Shown one piece after another: positions 10,156-20,892 of a DNA stretch of 64,000 bases (positions within the stretch are counted from its first letter, which is position 1; every line of letters starts with the position of its first letter). The position numbers were made by a program, and so were the translations under genes. The stretch lies in the NCBI GenBank assembly GCA_020184695.1, contig JAANOX010000190.1, positions 124,001 to 188,000 on the forward strand, written 5' to 3'. Source of the DNA: Histomonas meleagridis 2922-C6/04-290x. Taxonomy: Eukaryota > Protista > Parabasalia. Under the pieces are notes generated by a model that saw only the letters and a program-made list of their open reading frames with translations, was not told the DNA's origin and did not search any database.

Positions 10156-11748
10156 TTATTTATTTTTTCGAATTAAAAGCTCATGGAGCTTCAAAATAGT
10201 TCTTTGGAGATGTTCAATATCTGCAGGAAGAACCCAATTTCCTCTATCTTCTTGTGTTGCTATATCCTCTGTTGATAAAATTGGATATTTTGCAATCACT
10301 GATGCAATTCTATGATACATCGATGCAATTCTTGAAAATCTATTTAACAAAATTCGTAATTCTTTATTTTCTATTTGAAAACATTTTAATTTTGCGAAAA
10401 TTGTTTGAATTAAGTTTGCTTCTGTTTCACAAATATCATTAAAATCAAATTCGAAATCAATTGATTCTTCAATTGGAACAGAATTCATTAATTCGACAAA
10501 TTCATTTTCGATTGTTATTGCTTCAATTTTTAAGTCATTTAATAAATTAATTAATGGTTCTGTATCTTGACCTTTTAACTCATTATATTTTTCTTTTGCA
10601 AGAATAACTTCTTTCTTAAGTGATTCCATGTTTTCTTTTAGATTAAATAATTCATTTTCAGCATCAATTTTCTTTTCAATTTCTTTGCGAAGTTGTATTT
10701 TCATTTCTTTATACTTTAATTCTTTATCATTTTCTTTTTGTTTGTTTTGGATTTGTGTTCGAACTATTCGCGTCTTTTTATTCGCTTGTTCTTTAAGTTT
10801 ATTATTTAATTCTTGAATTTGTAGTTTGAATCGTTTAATTTTTTCTTTTTTCGACTTTAATTTATTATTCGCGTTTTTCTCGTTTTCAATCGATTTGGAT
10901 ATTCGTGTTAATAGTTCATGATTTTTTGCTTGTTGTGTCTTTAATAGATTTTGTAATGTTAAATTTTGCTCAACTGCTCCATTAATACTTTCTTTAAGAT
11001 TATTAATTTCATCATTTTTCTCTGTGATTTCATGTCGTTGTTGAATAATAATATTTTTGAAATTCGTTTTCTGTTTTTCCACTTTACGAATAGTTTGTGT
11101 TTTCTTATCAAGATCAAGTTGAAGTTCATCAATTTTAAGTTGTTCTTGTCGATTAGTTTTTGCATAAAAAAGATTTCGTTTTAAGTTTTCGATTTCATAA
11201 ACATTTTCTTCATTTTCTTTTCGAAGAAGATCAATTTCAATATTTTTATTATTAATATCTTTATTCATTGTTTCATATTGATTAGACAATGAGTTTAAAT
11301 TTTCTTGTAATTCTTTTATTTGTGCATCTCTTTTTTCTAGTAGATCATTCATATTTTGAAATGCTTCATCTGTTGGATTTTCAGTTTGATGTAGATTATT
11401 AAGCATTTCGATAAATTCTATCCGTTCCTTGTCAATATCATTTTTAACTTGTTCTGATACATTTATGTAATCTTTTATTTGTTGATTTTTTTCTTTCCTT
11501 AACTCATCAATTACTGCTTGTAATTCTTTAATGATTTCATTTCGCTCATAAACAAATGATGCTTGTTTATTTGCTGATTCTTGTGCTTGATAAAATTGAT
11601 TTTGTAAATTTGAGTACATATTTGACCATTCCTTTATTTGTTGATTTCTTTTTTCAAGAGCTTCTGCAAGTTGTTTTATCTTTTGCTCATTTGTTGTGAT
11701 TCTTTGACGAAGAACAGCATTTTCTTCGTAAATTTCATGATATTCCAT
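10156..11748 (-). CDS. Coiled-coil hypothetical protein
   Basis: 530-aa ORF rich in E/K/N/Q/L with heptad character. Confidence 0.8.
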   Translation of the reverse strand: MEYHEIYEENAVLRQRITTNEQKIKQLAEALEKRNQQIKEWSNMYSNLQNQFYQAQESANKQASFVYERNEIIKELQAVIDELRKEKNQQIKDYINVSEQVKNDIDKERIEFIEMLNNLHQTENPTDEAFQNMNDLLEKRDAQIKELQENLNSLSNQYETMNKDINNKNIEIDLLRKENEENVYEIENLKRNLFYAKTNRQEQLKIDELQLDLDKKTQTIRKVEKQKTNFKNIIIQQRHEITEKNDEINNLKESINGAVEQNLTLQNLLKTQQAKNHELLTRISKSIENEKNANNKLKSKKEKIKRFKLQIQELNNKLKEQANKKTRIVRTQIQNKQKENDKELKYKEMKIQLRKEIEKKIDAENELFNLKENMESLKKEVILAKEKYNELKGQDTEPLINLLNDLKIEAITIENEFVELMNSVPIEESIDFEFDFNDICETEANLIQTIFAKLKCFQIENKELRILLNRFSRIASMYHRIASVIAKYPILSTEDIATQEDRGNWVLPADIEHLQRTILKLHELLIRKNK

Positions 11749-11770
11749 TTAGATTTCAAACGTACAAAAG

Positions 11771-11782
11771 CGGGGCGCCCCG
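11771..11782. promoter_or_regulatory. Candidate GC quasi-palindromic promoter element CGGGGCGCCCCG
   Basis: Perfect 12-bp palindrome 23 nt upstream of the ATG at 11748. Related GGGC-N2-CCC sites occur before other genes. Confidence 0.4.
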
Positions 11783-12234
11783 TACCAGAAGTAAAAAAAA
11801 CCTAAATCATACATCAAAAACATTATTTAATGAAACAAACTTCATGACAATGATAAGGGATCTCAAAAATACTGAGCAAATTTAAATTTTAGTTATTTTT
11901 CAAATATGCAAAAAAGTTATAATTTTTTGTGTTTCAGATATCAATGTATAAAGCGAGAGCTATTCATCCACCCATTTTACTGATAAGCAAATTTTATTAT
12001 TTGAAAAAAAATATTAATATGGAAACCAATTTTTCTTTTTTCTTTGAAATTATAATATCCAATGAAAAAATAAAAAATAAACTCACATTCACTTCAATTC
12101 CAATCGAATTTTATTTTGTTTGTTTGTTATAAATGAGTTTATTATTTTTGTGGTTCATAGAAAAAATGAATCATTTTGTTCCATAACCGTTTTTCTCATT
12201 GAAATTTCGTACAAAACCGTTATATTTTTATTAG

Positions 12235-15114
12235 ATGGATGATTATCACAAGAACCAGTACCTTCAAGACGTAATCAAATTCTTAGAAAATGAAAAAAGC
12301 ACGCGCATTCATGACGTTATTAAAAGCATCGAAAAATCATCTATTTCAGAAAAGATTTCAATGTATCAATTTTTATTTCAATATTTTTCTAAAGGATGTC
12401 CTCAACTAGAATGTCTTACTAAGTCAAAAAAAAGCACATTAATGTCTTTATTTAGTTATGTAATTTCCAAAATTCCACCATATTACTTTTATCCACAAAC
12501 ATTTGGTTTAGAGATTGGTTCCTGTCAGCAAAACTATTCCCTATATAGATGTTTTAAACCCACCATCCAACGCATTAAAAGAATCGAAAAAATGATACAA
12601 TCAATTTTTATTGATTCAGATTTATCACCATTTTCACCTGATTTTAAATTTTCCTTTACTGATCCTCAAATCCTCTTTGCCAAATCATCAGCTGATCTTA
12701 GTAATAATCTAATTTATCAAACACCAATAATCCAAGCCTTCAAGAAACATTTATTAAATTTATCAACCACCACTTCATTTCATCATCTATTAAAAACCCA
12801 AAATGGAAAAATGAATCTCACTTTAGCGATAATTGAAATTCTATCAGATCTTAATAAGGAACAAAATGCCACACAATGTCAACTTTTATTTTGTTTTTCC
12901 ATAGTTTTTTTATATGTCAACTCCTTTGCAACCACAAATGATATTGATGGCCAGACGCTTTGTTCGTACATCACATCTCAACCATTTATCTCACCATTTT
13001 GTTTATTTTCAATGATTAATCATATCTCTATCTTTATCCATTTGTTTAACTTGCTTATCCCGACCGAAATCTCCCAAAACTTGGAGCAACAAGCGGAAGT
13101 TCACCCGTCGCAATATGAACTTGTCGATCTATCGGTCGATTCACATTTTGATCCGTTTCTTAAACGTATCCCGACGATAGCGTCAAATTTTTTCCTGTCA
13201 AAAAATGCCACCAACAACGATGAAGAATTTGATTGTGCAGATGATAATGGGTTATTTTGTTTCTTGAATTTATCATCTACGCAATTATTAGGTAAAATGA
13301 AAGCAGTGTTAAGTTTAGCAAGAGAAATTAAACTTGGCCCAATTCATGTATCAGGAATGAACATAGCATTATTACGAATTATACGATTTTCTTTACAAAG
13401 AGCTATCATAGATTGTGAAGAATCCAAAATTGTCACACCGAAATTTTGTTATTTTTTGCAAAATATATTTTCAATATTATCAGTAAGTTTTTCCGAACAA
13501 ATATCACGGAAATTCTTTTCGTTACAAGAAATCAAATGGAATTCCTGTGTTTTAATTATTCGCTTAACATTATCAAATTTAATATTATGTGTATTACATC
13601 AAATTCCAGACCATAACTTTGTCTTATTTTGCTTAAAATGTTCCAACATGGTTGAAACTCAAGGGTATGCCAACTTATTAATTTTAAAGATATTTCCATA
13701 TACCAAATTTTATTTAATCCCAAATGTCATTGAAACTTTACCGGATAGTTTAGACTCATTTACAGAGCTTTTATTTCTCGAAGAATTCCGTAACATTAAG
13801 CAAGTATATTCATTTGAAGAATATCAAAAACTCAAGAACATTTACACCGAAATTCTCAAAAGAGGAAATTACAAAACAGACAACAAAGAGAAAGTATTAT
13901 TTCTTAGTAAAATGAAGCAAAACAAACCACTTCAACCAAACGAAGAGTTAAACAACACGATCAACTTAGCGTTAGAAGCTCAAACCATTCAAGAAGCATT
14001 TGATTTAATTCGAACGTGTAAAGTTTTTCATCAAGCAATGCATTTAATATATGGGTTATCATTAACACCATTTTTTAAAGATTATAACTTTGCCACGTTT
14101 TTAAACTCTGCGATCTTAAACTTTGTTAAATATACTCAGCCGACTGATCGCGAAGTCAAATTCTTTGAAATCAGTGAAAGTCAATACTCATTACCATTTG
14201 CGCAATTTCTTCTTAAGCGATTATTATTACAAGGGTATATTGATTTAGCGGACAAATTATTTAATGAGTTAATTGAGTCCATTAAAAATGATAAATGTGT
14301 ATTACATTGGATCACATTATTTCTAATTGATCATTTCCATTTAATTACAGATAACATAACGATTGGATTAAAGAATATATTAAAGTCATTACCATTATCA
14401 GATAAGTTTTATTTCCAAGATGATAATTTCATATATAATATATCACAATTATTAATCGAAAAAGAATTGCCATTAATTCGTGGGCCTTCTTTATTAGAAC
14501 GTGAATATATCTCTGAATATGAACATGTATATTCATTTGGTATATGTTCAATAACGTTATACTCAAAAGATCCCGAAAGAATTGCAAATTTATTAATAAG
14601 TCCAATTAATAATATTCGTTTTTCATGGAATAATAGAGATAAATCATTATATACTTTTGCAAAAATTGCTGCTGATTTACATCCAACTATTGGTATAATA
14701 TTCTTTAGAAAGTTATTAATGAAAAATATGGAAGTGACGATAACAAGCGGGAAAATATTTTTGATGTTTTGTGGATTTAAAACTTTCGCTGGTATTTGTG
14801 AGAAAATTGAGATGTTGACCGAGAAAAATAACACAAAAATTATTATGTTCTTGAAAATGATTTGTCCGTGCTATAAAAGATTGGTCGGAGATAAACAATT
14901 CGCAACAAAGTTTTTGTGTAACGTAATTAACTTGTCGAAATTCGTGGATGATAAAATCGAGTTGGAAACTGTGGTAGACGTCGTCTGTTTGCTGTGCGCA
15001 AAGCTGAAATTGGCCGAATTTAAAAACGAATTACTAAAAGCTGCAATGATCTTGCCGAATAAGGAAAAAGAACTCTTCGAGGCGGCAATGGAAATAGAAG
15101 CTGAATCATATTAA
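12235..15114 (+). CDS. Large helical hypothetical protein; C-terminal part resembles Mediator subunit MED23
   Basis: 959-aa intact ORF. LPFAQFLLKRLL and EREYISEYEHVYSFGICSITL...IANLL recall MED23 motifs (LPVFDIVIHRFLE; NEFPNPAAHALHVTCVELM...VGNALL). Judged by eye only. Confidence 0.4.
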   Translation: MDDYHKNQYLQDVIKFLENEKSTRIHDVIKSIEKSSISEKISMYQFLFQYFSKGCPQLECLTKSKKSTLMSLFSYVISKIPPYYFYPQTFGLEIGSCQQNYSLYRCFKPTIQRIKRIEKMIQSIFIDSDLSPFSPDFKFSFTDPQILFAKSSADLSNNLIYQTPIIQAFKKHLLNLSTTTSFHHLLKTQNGKMNLTLAIIEILSDLNKEQNATQCQLLFCFSIVFLYVNSFATTNDIDGQTLCSYITSQPFISPFCLFSMINHISIFIHLFNLLIPTEISQNLEQQAEVHPSQYELVDLSVDSHFDPFLKRIPTIASNFFLSKNATNNDEEFDCADDNGLFCFLNLSSTQLLGKMKAVLSLAREIKLGPIHVSGMNIALLRIIRFSLQRAIIDCEESKIVTPKFCYFLQNIFSILSVSFSEQISRKFFSLQEIKWNSCVLIIRLTLSNLILCVLHQIPDHNFVLFCLKCSNMVETQGYANLLILKIFPYTKFYLIPNVIETLPDSLDSFTELLFLEEFRNIKQVYSFEEYQKLKNIYTEILKRGNYKTDNKEKVLFLSKMKQNKPLQPNEELNNTINLALEAQTIQEAFDLIRTCKVFHQAMHLIYGLSLTPFFKDYNFATFLNSAILNFVKYTQPTDREVKFFEISESQYSLPFAQFLLKRLLLQGYIDLADKLFNELIESIKNDKCVLHWITLFLIDHFHLITDNITIGLKNILKSLPLSDKFYFQDDNFIYNISQLLIEKELPLIRGPSLLEREYISEYEHVYSFGICSITLYSKDPERIANLLISPINNIRFSWNNRDKSLYTFAKIAADLHPTIGIIFFRKLLMKNMEVTITSGKIFLMFCGFKTFAGICEKIEMLTEKNNTKIIMFLKMICPCYKRLVGDKQFATKFLCNVINLSKFVDDKIELETVVDVVCLLCAKLKLAEFKNELLKAAMILPNKEKELFEAAMEIEAESY

Positions 15115-15565
15115 TAAAATGTTTTGATTTGTTTTCTGTTGTTTTTAACTTGCAGAAATTCGTTGATGATAAAAATGAGTTAGAAATTGTTGTTAGCAAT
15201 GTTTGATGAAATGTTCAAAGTTAAAACTAATGACTTTAAAGACGAAATACTAAGTGCGGCAATAACTTTATCTTAAAAAAAGAAAAAAAATTGTTTGAAA
15301 CAGCTCTAAAAATAGAAGCTGAATCATATTAATAAAATGTTTTGAATTGTTTTCTGTTGTTTTTAACTTGCAGAAATTCGTTGGTGATAAAAATGAGTTT
15401 GAAAGTGTTATTGACGTTGTTTGTTTATTATGTTTCAAGTTGAAATAGCTAAGTTTAAAAACGAATTAGAAAATGAAACAAAAAATATACCTAAAAATTG
15501 AAAAAGAGTTGTTCGAAACAGCTCTGGAAATAGAATCTGAAATATATAACAAAATGTTTTTTATT
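14929..15565 (+). repeat. Three tandem ~218-bp copies of the gene's 3' end plus 3' flank
   Basis: AACTTG...GAAATTCGT unit starts at 14929, 15147 and 15365. Copies 2 and 3 are degenerate, with stops. Confidence 0.9.
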
Positions 15566-15713
15566 ACACTTAAAAGTTTATTGTTGAAATGAACGAATTT
15601 GAGGTGAAATATCAGCTCGGTGATATGGCAAAAAACAATTCTGAATTTTTTGATCAGCCCTCAAAAATTCACTAAAACCGTCATCTAATCCGACCTCTCA
15701 AAAATAATTTTTC

Positions 15714-16703
15714 ATGGAAGACATACAAAATTATTCAAAGGCATTCCACGATCTCCCAATAGAAATCAAGACAACACTTCGACGTAAAAGCAGTCGTGAT
15801 CCTTCATCTCGATTTCCAACAAAATTACACTTATTATTAACTTATGTAACAGAAAACCCTTCTTTGGAAGAAAAAATTGGACTTGGATGGATAAGCGATA
15901 CTGAATTTCGTATGAATAAGAAAACTCTTGGTTCTATTATGGGTATAAAACTTAATACAATAAACGTTAACCTTAAAGATCTAGGTTTTGAACAAACTCA
16001 ACGTGACAGAAATGGTTGGACTCATTGGAAACGTGAAGGTTTTACCAAAAGTAACGCAGGACTTATTACAACTAATCCAAAGCCACAGAGTGCAATACCA
16101 GATAATAGTGAAGTTTTAATTCGTTTTCCAACACCCGATGTTTCTGAGATTTCCGTTACCATAGACTTCAACCGTATAGCACAAAATGCATGGCAATCGA
16201 TTGTTGGCGGAAATTATAATTCATTTCAATCTTCACGTTTCATTGAAATGGCAGCTCAATACCTTAAACATAATGAACAACCACAAGACAATGCAGAAAA
16301 TGTGCTTCGTGCACTTATTGCTCCATGTAGAATTGGATTACCAACAGTCACAAAAACTGATTTCTTTCGATTTCTTGCAATGTTTGGCCCACCCTCGAGC
16401 TCAATGGTAAAGATTGCAGGCTTATTAGAGCATTCTAATAACACTGGTAATTGGTTATCTTTTACACCTGAAGCTCAAGAGCCAAACACATTTTATGCAG
16501 CATTCGACAACATTGTTCCAAATTGTTTAGTGTTTCATAAGGCAAATGTTACAAATGAAACTTTTAGAGTGTATAATATTCCGACAGTTGAAGTTAGCCA
16601 AGGAAGTTATTTGGTCGACCAGAACGGAAGGTTTTATGACTCATGGGCTAACTTCTTTAGCGCAAACCCTGGAATTATCGAAACAATGTCCATAAACTTA
16701 TGA
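15714..16703 (+). CDS. IBP39: Initiator-binding protein IBP39 homologue (IBD plus C-terminal domain)
   Basis: RKSSRDPSSRFPTKLHLLLTY...IGLGWISDTEF...MGIKLNTINVNL...GWTHWKREGFT closely follows Trichomonas IBP39. Confidence 0.9.
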   Translation: MEDIQNYSKAFHDLPIEIKTTLRRKSSRDPSSRFPTKLHLLLTYVTENPSLEEKIGLGWISDTEFRMNKKTLGSIMGIKLNTINVNLKDLGFEQTQRDRNGWTHWKREGFTKSNAGLITTNPKPQSAIPDNSEVLIRFPTPDVSEISVTIDFNRIAQNAWQSIVGGNYNSFQSSRFIEMAAQYLKHNEQPQDNAENVLRALIAPCRIGLPTVTKTDFFRFLAMFGPPSSSMVKIAGLLEHSNNTGNWLSFTPEAQEPNTFYAAFDNIVPNCLVFHKANVTNETFRVYNIPTVEVSQGSYLVDQNGRFYDSWANFFSANPGIIETMSINL

Positions 16704-17188
16704 GGAATTATCTTTAATTCAAATTTAAAATTGAATGATCTCATAGAAAATATTGAACATATTTATAACGAATGGAAATAATGAAGTTCATTCGTTATAG
16801 TATACATTTTTTTTTTATAAAAAGACCTTTGTTATATATTAAATGGAAACTCTATAAGAATTCCAATATATAAATTCAATTTAACAATTTCAGAAATAAT
16901 AAAAAATTTTAGTAAGTATTTGTTTTTAATGAACAAATAAAATTTTACTCACGTTGTGTCTATATTTAACTTAGTGATTAATTGTTGACAAGAAATTTAT
17001 GAAAATGATTTTCATCTGAAAATAACAAATGTGAATTCATGGATGGTAATGTCATGAATCAAATTAAAAGTTATAAAATTTGTCTTCTTTTGAGAATAAT
17101 TCTACTTGAAAAAAAATTAACAATTTTAATTTTGGACAAATGGAAAAGTATATTATATTTCTGCAAAAAGAATAAACAAAAAACGGTG

Positions 17189-17734
17189 TTAATATTTATA
17201 TAGAGGATTATCTGTTTGAAGGGGATATTGATTATTGATATCAATTTTATGTAAATGATATTTTTCATGAATTTGTTCAAGCAAAAGCTTGTCTCTTTGT
17301 TCTGGTGGGAGTTGTGGCTTTAGTATTTGATAATTCTTTTTAACACGATTTTGAATTAATTGAGAACGCTTTTGGAATGAGATCCAATCTGGATCTGGGA
17401 TTGGCGCTTCATCTACTTGCGGAGCTACAATGTCAACCGACCATGGTTTTTGTGGTCGTGAGCTATGGTATTGGTCAACTTCTGAATATTGAAAGCGAAA
17501 TGGTAAAATAGTAACATTTCCATATCTGTCATTCTCTGTTTGAGGTGGGTTGGCTTCTGCTAATAATGGTGGAGTCCAATTGTCATTTGGATCGATTCTT
17601 TCAGCAGTTGGTTTTAATGGGTCTGGATGTGGTGGAAAATGAAGAAAATTCGGAAGGTGTGCATAAAAATGATCCATTGAAGTCAATGTTTCGTCTGCAA
17701 CACTAAAACATTCACTTAATTTTTCTTCTTCCAT
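17189..17734 (-). CDS. Hypothetical Pro-rich protein
   Basis: 181-aa ORF with coding-like composition; no domain recognised. Confidence 0.7.
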   Translation of the reverse strand: MEEEKLSECFSVADETLTSMDHFYAHLPNFLHFPPHPDPLKPTAERIDPNDNWTPPLLAEANPPQTENDRYGNVTILPFRFQYSEVDQYHSSRPQKPWSVDIVAPQVDEAPIPDPDWISFQKRSQLIQNRVKKNYQILKPQLPPEQRDKLLLEQIHEKYHLHKIDINNQYPLQTDNPLYKY

Positions 17735-18529
17735 TTGTTCGATGTCATGTGATATGAAATTAAATATGTTTTTATTTGCAAACTACAGACATTAGCTGTG
17801 CTTCTATATATGTTGTGTGTACTATTGATAAAATTGCCAGCACCTTGTTTTATTGCTTTTGGTGTAATGAGTCGATTTTTCATTTAAAAGAAAAATTGTA
17901 AGTACTTCTAAAATTTTAGGTTTGTTGTTATTCTCTTCATATTGTTCAATTTTTTTTATGATTTCATAACAATTTATTCGCATACTAAAAAGTATATATA
18001 TCATTTGACTAATAACAAGGTTAAATGAGTAAAAATGGTTTCCATCAAATTATGATTAACGAATTAAAAGATTGAAGAATATTTTTTTCATTCAAATTGA
18101 AAATTATTTGTTTGGTGAAAACAAGGAATTCCCATTTGTTGTGAATTATTTGTTTCGACTTTTTTTCTTCCCTTTCATAGTTCGTTTCGTTTTCAATCAT
18201 TTCAATTTTCAGAATAAACCATTAAAACTCAAATGAATTTTTGTGGAAATTCTATACTTTATGAAAAGCGATATATTGGCGAACGTTATGAAAAGATTCA
18301 AACCAAAATAGATTCTTATATTCTTATATTAATTGTGATTAATTTTTGTTACTCGAGTTGAATTGTATAAAATGAGAACAATCAAAATTTTCACGTTAAC
18401 AATCTCTCTTCTAGAAATTATTCTCATTTTTATTCTATACATATCTGTTTTAGACGAATGGAATGTCTAAAAATTCTAATAAAGGGCTTTGTGCCAAAAA
18501 AATTTCAATAATTTTATTTCGACCAAAAA

Positions 18530-19324
18530 ATGGGCTTTTTTCTGGTTTTTGTTTCAACCTTGTTGGCAGTCTTTGGCCACTTTGCAATTATTGCAATATT
18601 TCATTTTTCAACAAAATTTAGTGCTGATATTATTCCAGGAAAAACCCTTTTTGTAATAGCACATCCAGATGATGAAGTAATGTTTTTCGGTCCATCAATT
18701 TTGCGCTCAGAGTCGCCATATATATTATGCATATCAAAAGGAGTTTCAGTTGGAAATATTTCAAGATCACAAGAATTACAAAATTCATGCAAAGCTCTTG
18801 GAATCGAAGGTAAATGTTTTATTGATGAGGAGCAAAACCTACCAGACGGGTTTGAGTATATGTGGGAACGTAGCGAAGTTCGCTCAATTATCAACAAATA
18901 TGTAAATATGTTAAAACCTGATCGAATCGTCACATTTGATCAATTTGGTGTAAGTGGCCATCCAAATCATGTTGCGGTTTCATTAGCTCTAACTCGTCAA
19001 AAAGTTTTTGATACAGATGCTTCCAAAAATTACAACCATAGTATTTCTGAAGATCCTATTGACCAAATACCAATTTACAAATTAAATTCGAAACCATCGC
19101 TTGTGAAATATATGGGGCCTTATAGTATTATTATTTATTTGATGTTCTACAAATCATCGAATGGGTATTTCATAGTTACGCCACCGAAAGACCACTTTGG
19201 AATGAAGATAGAAAATGCGTTTTTGCAACATAGTTCACAAATTGTTTGGTATCGATTTTTGTGGTTAGCATTTAGTAGGTTTTTGATATTTAACCAATTG
19301 GTTCCTGATGTAGCTTCAGAATAA
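18530..19324 (+). CDS. PIGL: N-acetylglucosaminyl-phosphatidylinositol de-N-acetylase (PIG-L family)
   Basis: N-terminal TM anchor, AHPDDEVMFFGP, VTFDQFGVSGHPNH and the C-terminal HSSQIVWYRFLW motif. Confidence 0.88.
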   Translation: MGFFLVFVSTLLAVFGHFAIIAIFHFSTKFSADIIPGKTLFVIAHPDDEVMFFGPSILRSESPYILCISKGVSVGNISRSQELQNSCKALGIEGKCFIDEEQNLPDGFEYMWERSEVRSIINKYVNMLKPDRIVTFDQFGVSGHPNHVAVSLALTRQKVFDTDASKNYNHSISEDPIDQIPIYKLNSKPSLVKYMGPYSIIIYLMFYKSSNGYFIVTPPKDHFGMKIENAFLQHSSQIVWYRFLWLAFSRFLIFNQLVPDVASE

Positions 19325-19697
19325 ATGTTTTTTATTTTGTTATTTTTTTTTTTGATCAAAGAAATTTGTTAATTTGTTAATGATATCTTTTTAATGGCCA
19401 AAATATTTTAAGCATATACATATCGAGTATGTCAAAATAATGTTAAAATGCTCCCAAAAATTCAAATTGATGACAAATTTCTCGACATATCCAAAAGTAT
19501 GTTGATTTCAATTTTCATCTTAAGTCATATGCTATATTTTTGTAGCCATAATAATTGTCATTTATAATAATGTTTAAACATATATAATATATTGAATTGA
19601 TCTATTTTTAAATTACATCTTTAAAAACACAATAAATGAAACGCCGTAGCTGTTGTTTTTAATTTTTGGCTATCTATTCAAAAATTGATATTTTTCG

Positions 19698-20663
19698 ATG
19701 CAATCAGAAAACATTGCAGAACTTGAAAAAATTCTTATGAACCAAAGCCACTTCGAAGAGCTTGTTTTTCATCTTAACGCAAGTAGCTTTGATGAAGCAA
19801 AGTCACTTCTTAATCAATATGATAAAATGTGGGTACAACAACTTATTGTCAAAGCACAAAATCCTCTTAATTACAAAGTCCTTGGTGACTTATTCGAACT
19901 TACAGGCAAGGCACAAATCAAATTTTCTTCAGATACTTCTTTCCATCAATATCTTTATGTTCGAGGTTTAATTACCCCCGATGACTTTCGCGACAAAGAA
20001 CTTCTACTTAGCAAAAGTCAATTGCCACCTGTTTCAACATTTGAAAATCCTATTATGAATGGTGAAATCGAGGACTACATTCAAAAGGATGACCTTCAAG
20101 GCTTTGTTGACTATGTTATTGCCAATAATGTTGATCTTCATGAAGAAGGTTTTCTACTTAATGATAGTTTGTTGGGCCTAATTGATTTTTGTTGTTATTG
20201 CAATTCAATTAATATTCTTAAATTTTTACTGGAAAACGATGTTGAAATTTATCCTGAAACCATTAATAGTGCAGTTGATGGTGGTTCTGAAGAAGTTATT
20301 TCATATCTTGAATCAATTGGAATTTCGTTTGATCAGACTATTATTCATGCAATTGCATTCCATCATAATAATATTGCTAAAACTCTTTTTAAGAAATATG
20401 AAAATAAAGGATTTAAGTTGTCGAGATGTGTTCAATGGTTTAACACTGAAATGTTAATTTACTTTATTAATGAATGTGATCTTGATGTGAATCAAGAAGA
20501 TAATGGAAAAAGAACATGTTTGCATTATGCTGTTTATAATAATGATCTGAATGTGGTTAATTATTTGCTGATAAAAGGAGCTGATAAAAATCTGGTGGAT
20601 GACAATGGGAATTCAGCGATGGATTTTGCAAGAACTGAAAAAATGAAGAATTTAATTAAGTAA
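19698..20663 (+). CDS. DUF3447-type ankyrin repeat protein
   Basis: LIDFCCYCNSINILKFL, AIAFHHNNI and an uninterrupted terminal ankyrin repeat DVNQEDNGKRTCLHYAV. Confidence 0.85.
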   Translation: MQSENIAELEKILMNQSHFEELVFHLNASSFDEAKSLLNQYDKMWVQQLIVKAQNPLNYKVLGDLFELTGKAQIKFSSDTSFHQYLYVRGLITPDDFRDKELLLSKSQLPPVSTFENPIMNGEIEDYIQKDDLQGFVDYVIANNVDLHEEGFLLNDSLLGLIDFCCYCNSINILKFLLENDVEIYPETINSAVDGGSEEVISYLESIGISFDQTIIHAIAFHHNNIAKTLFKKYENKGFKLSRCVQWFNTEMLIYFINECDLDVNQEDNGKRTCLHYAVYNNDLNVVNYLLIKGADKNLVDDNGNSAMDFARTEKMKNLIK

Positions 20664-20892
20664 AAAATTAATTAAGCTTCAAACTGTATTTTCTTTCTAA
20701 ATATTGGATTTTAAATATATTAATAATAACTTTACATAAAATGATAAATAAAAAAAGATATTAAAAAGAGAAAACATGCAAAAGAAAAAATTCTTTATAT
20801 AATAATTTCAAAGAAACAATTATAATATAATGAAAATATTTAATTCTTTATTTAAGATTTACTGTTTTATAATGTTTTTAGAAAGCTTTATT

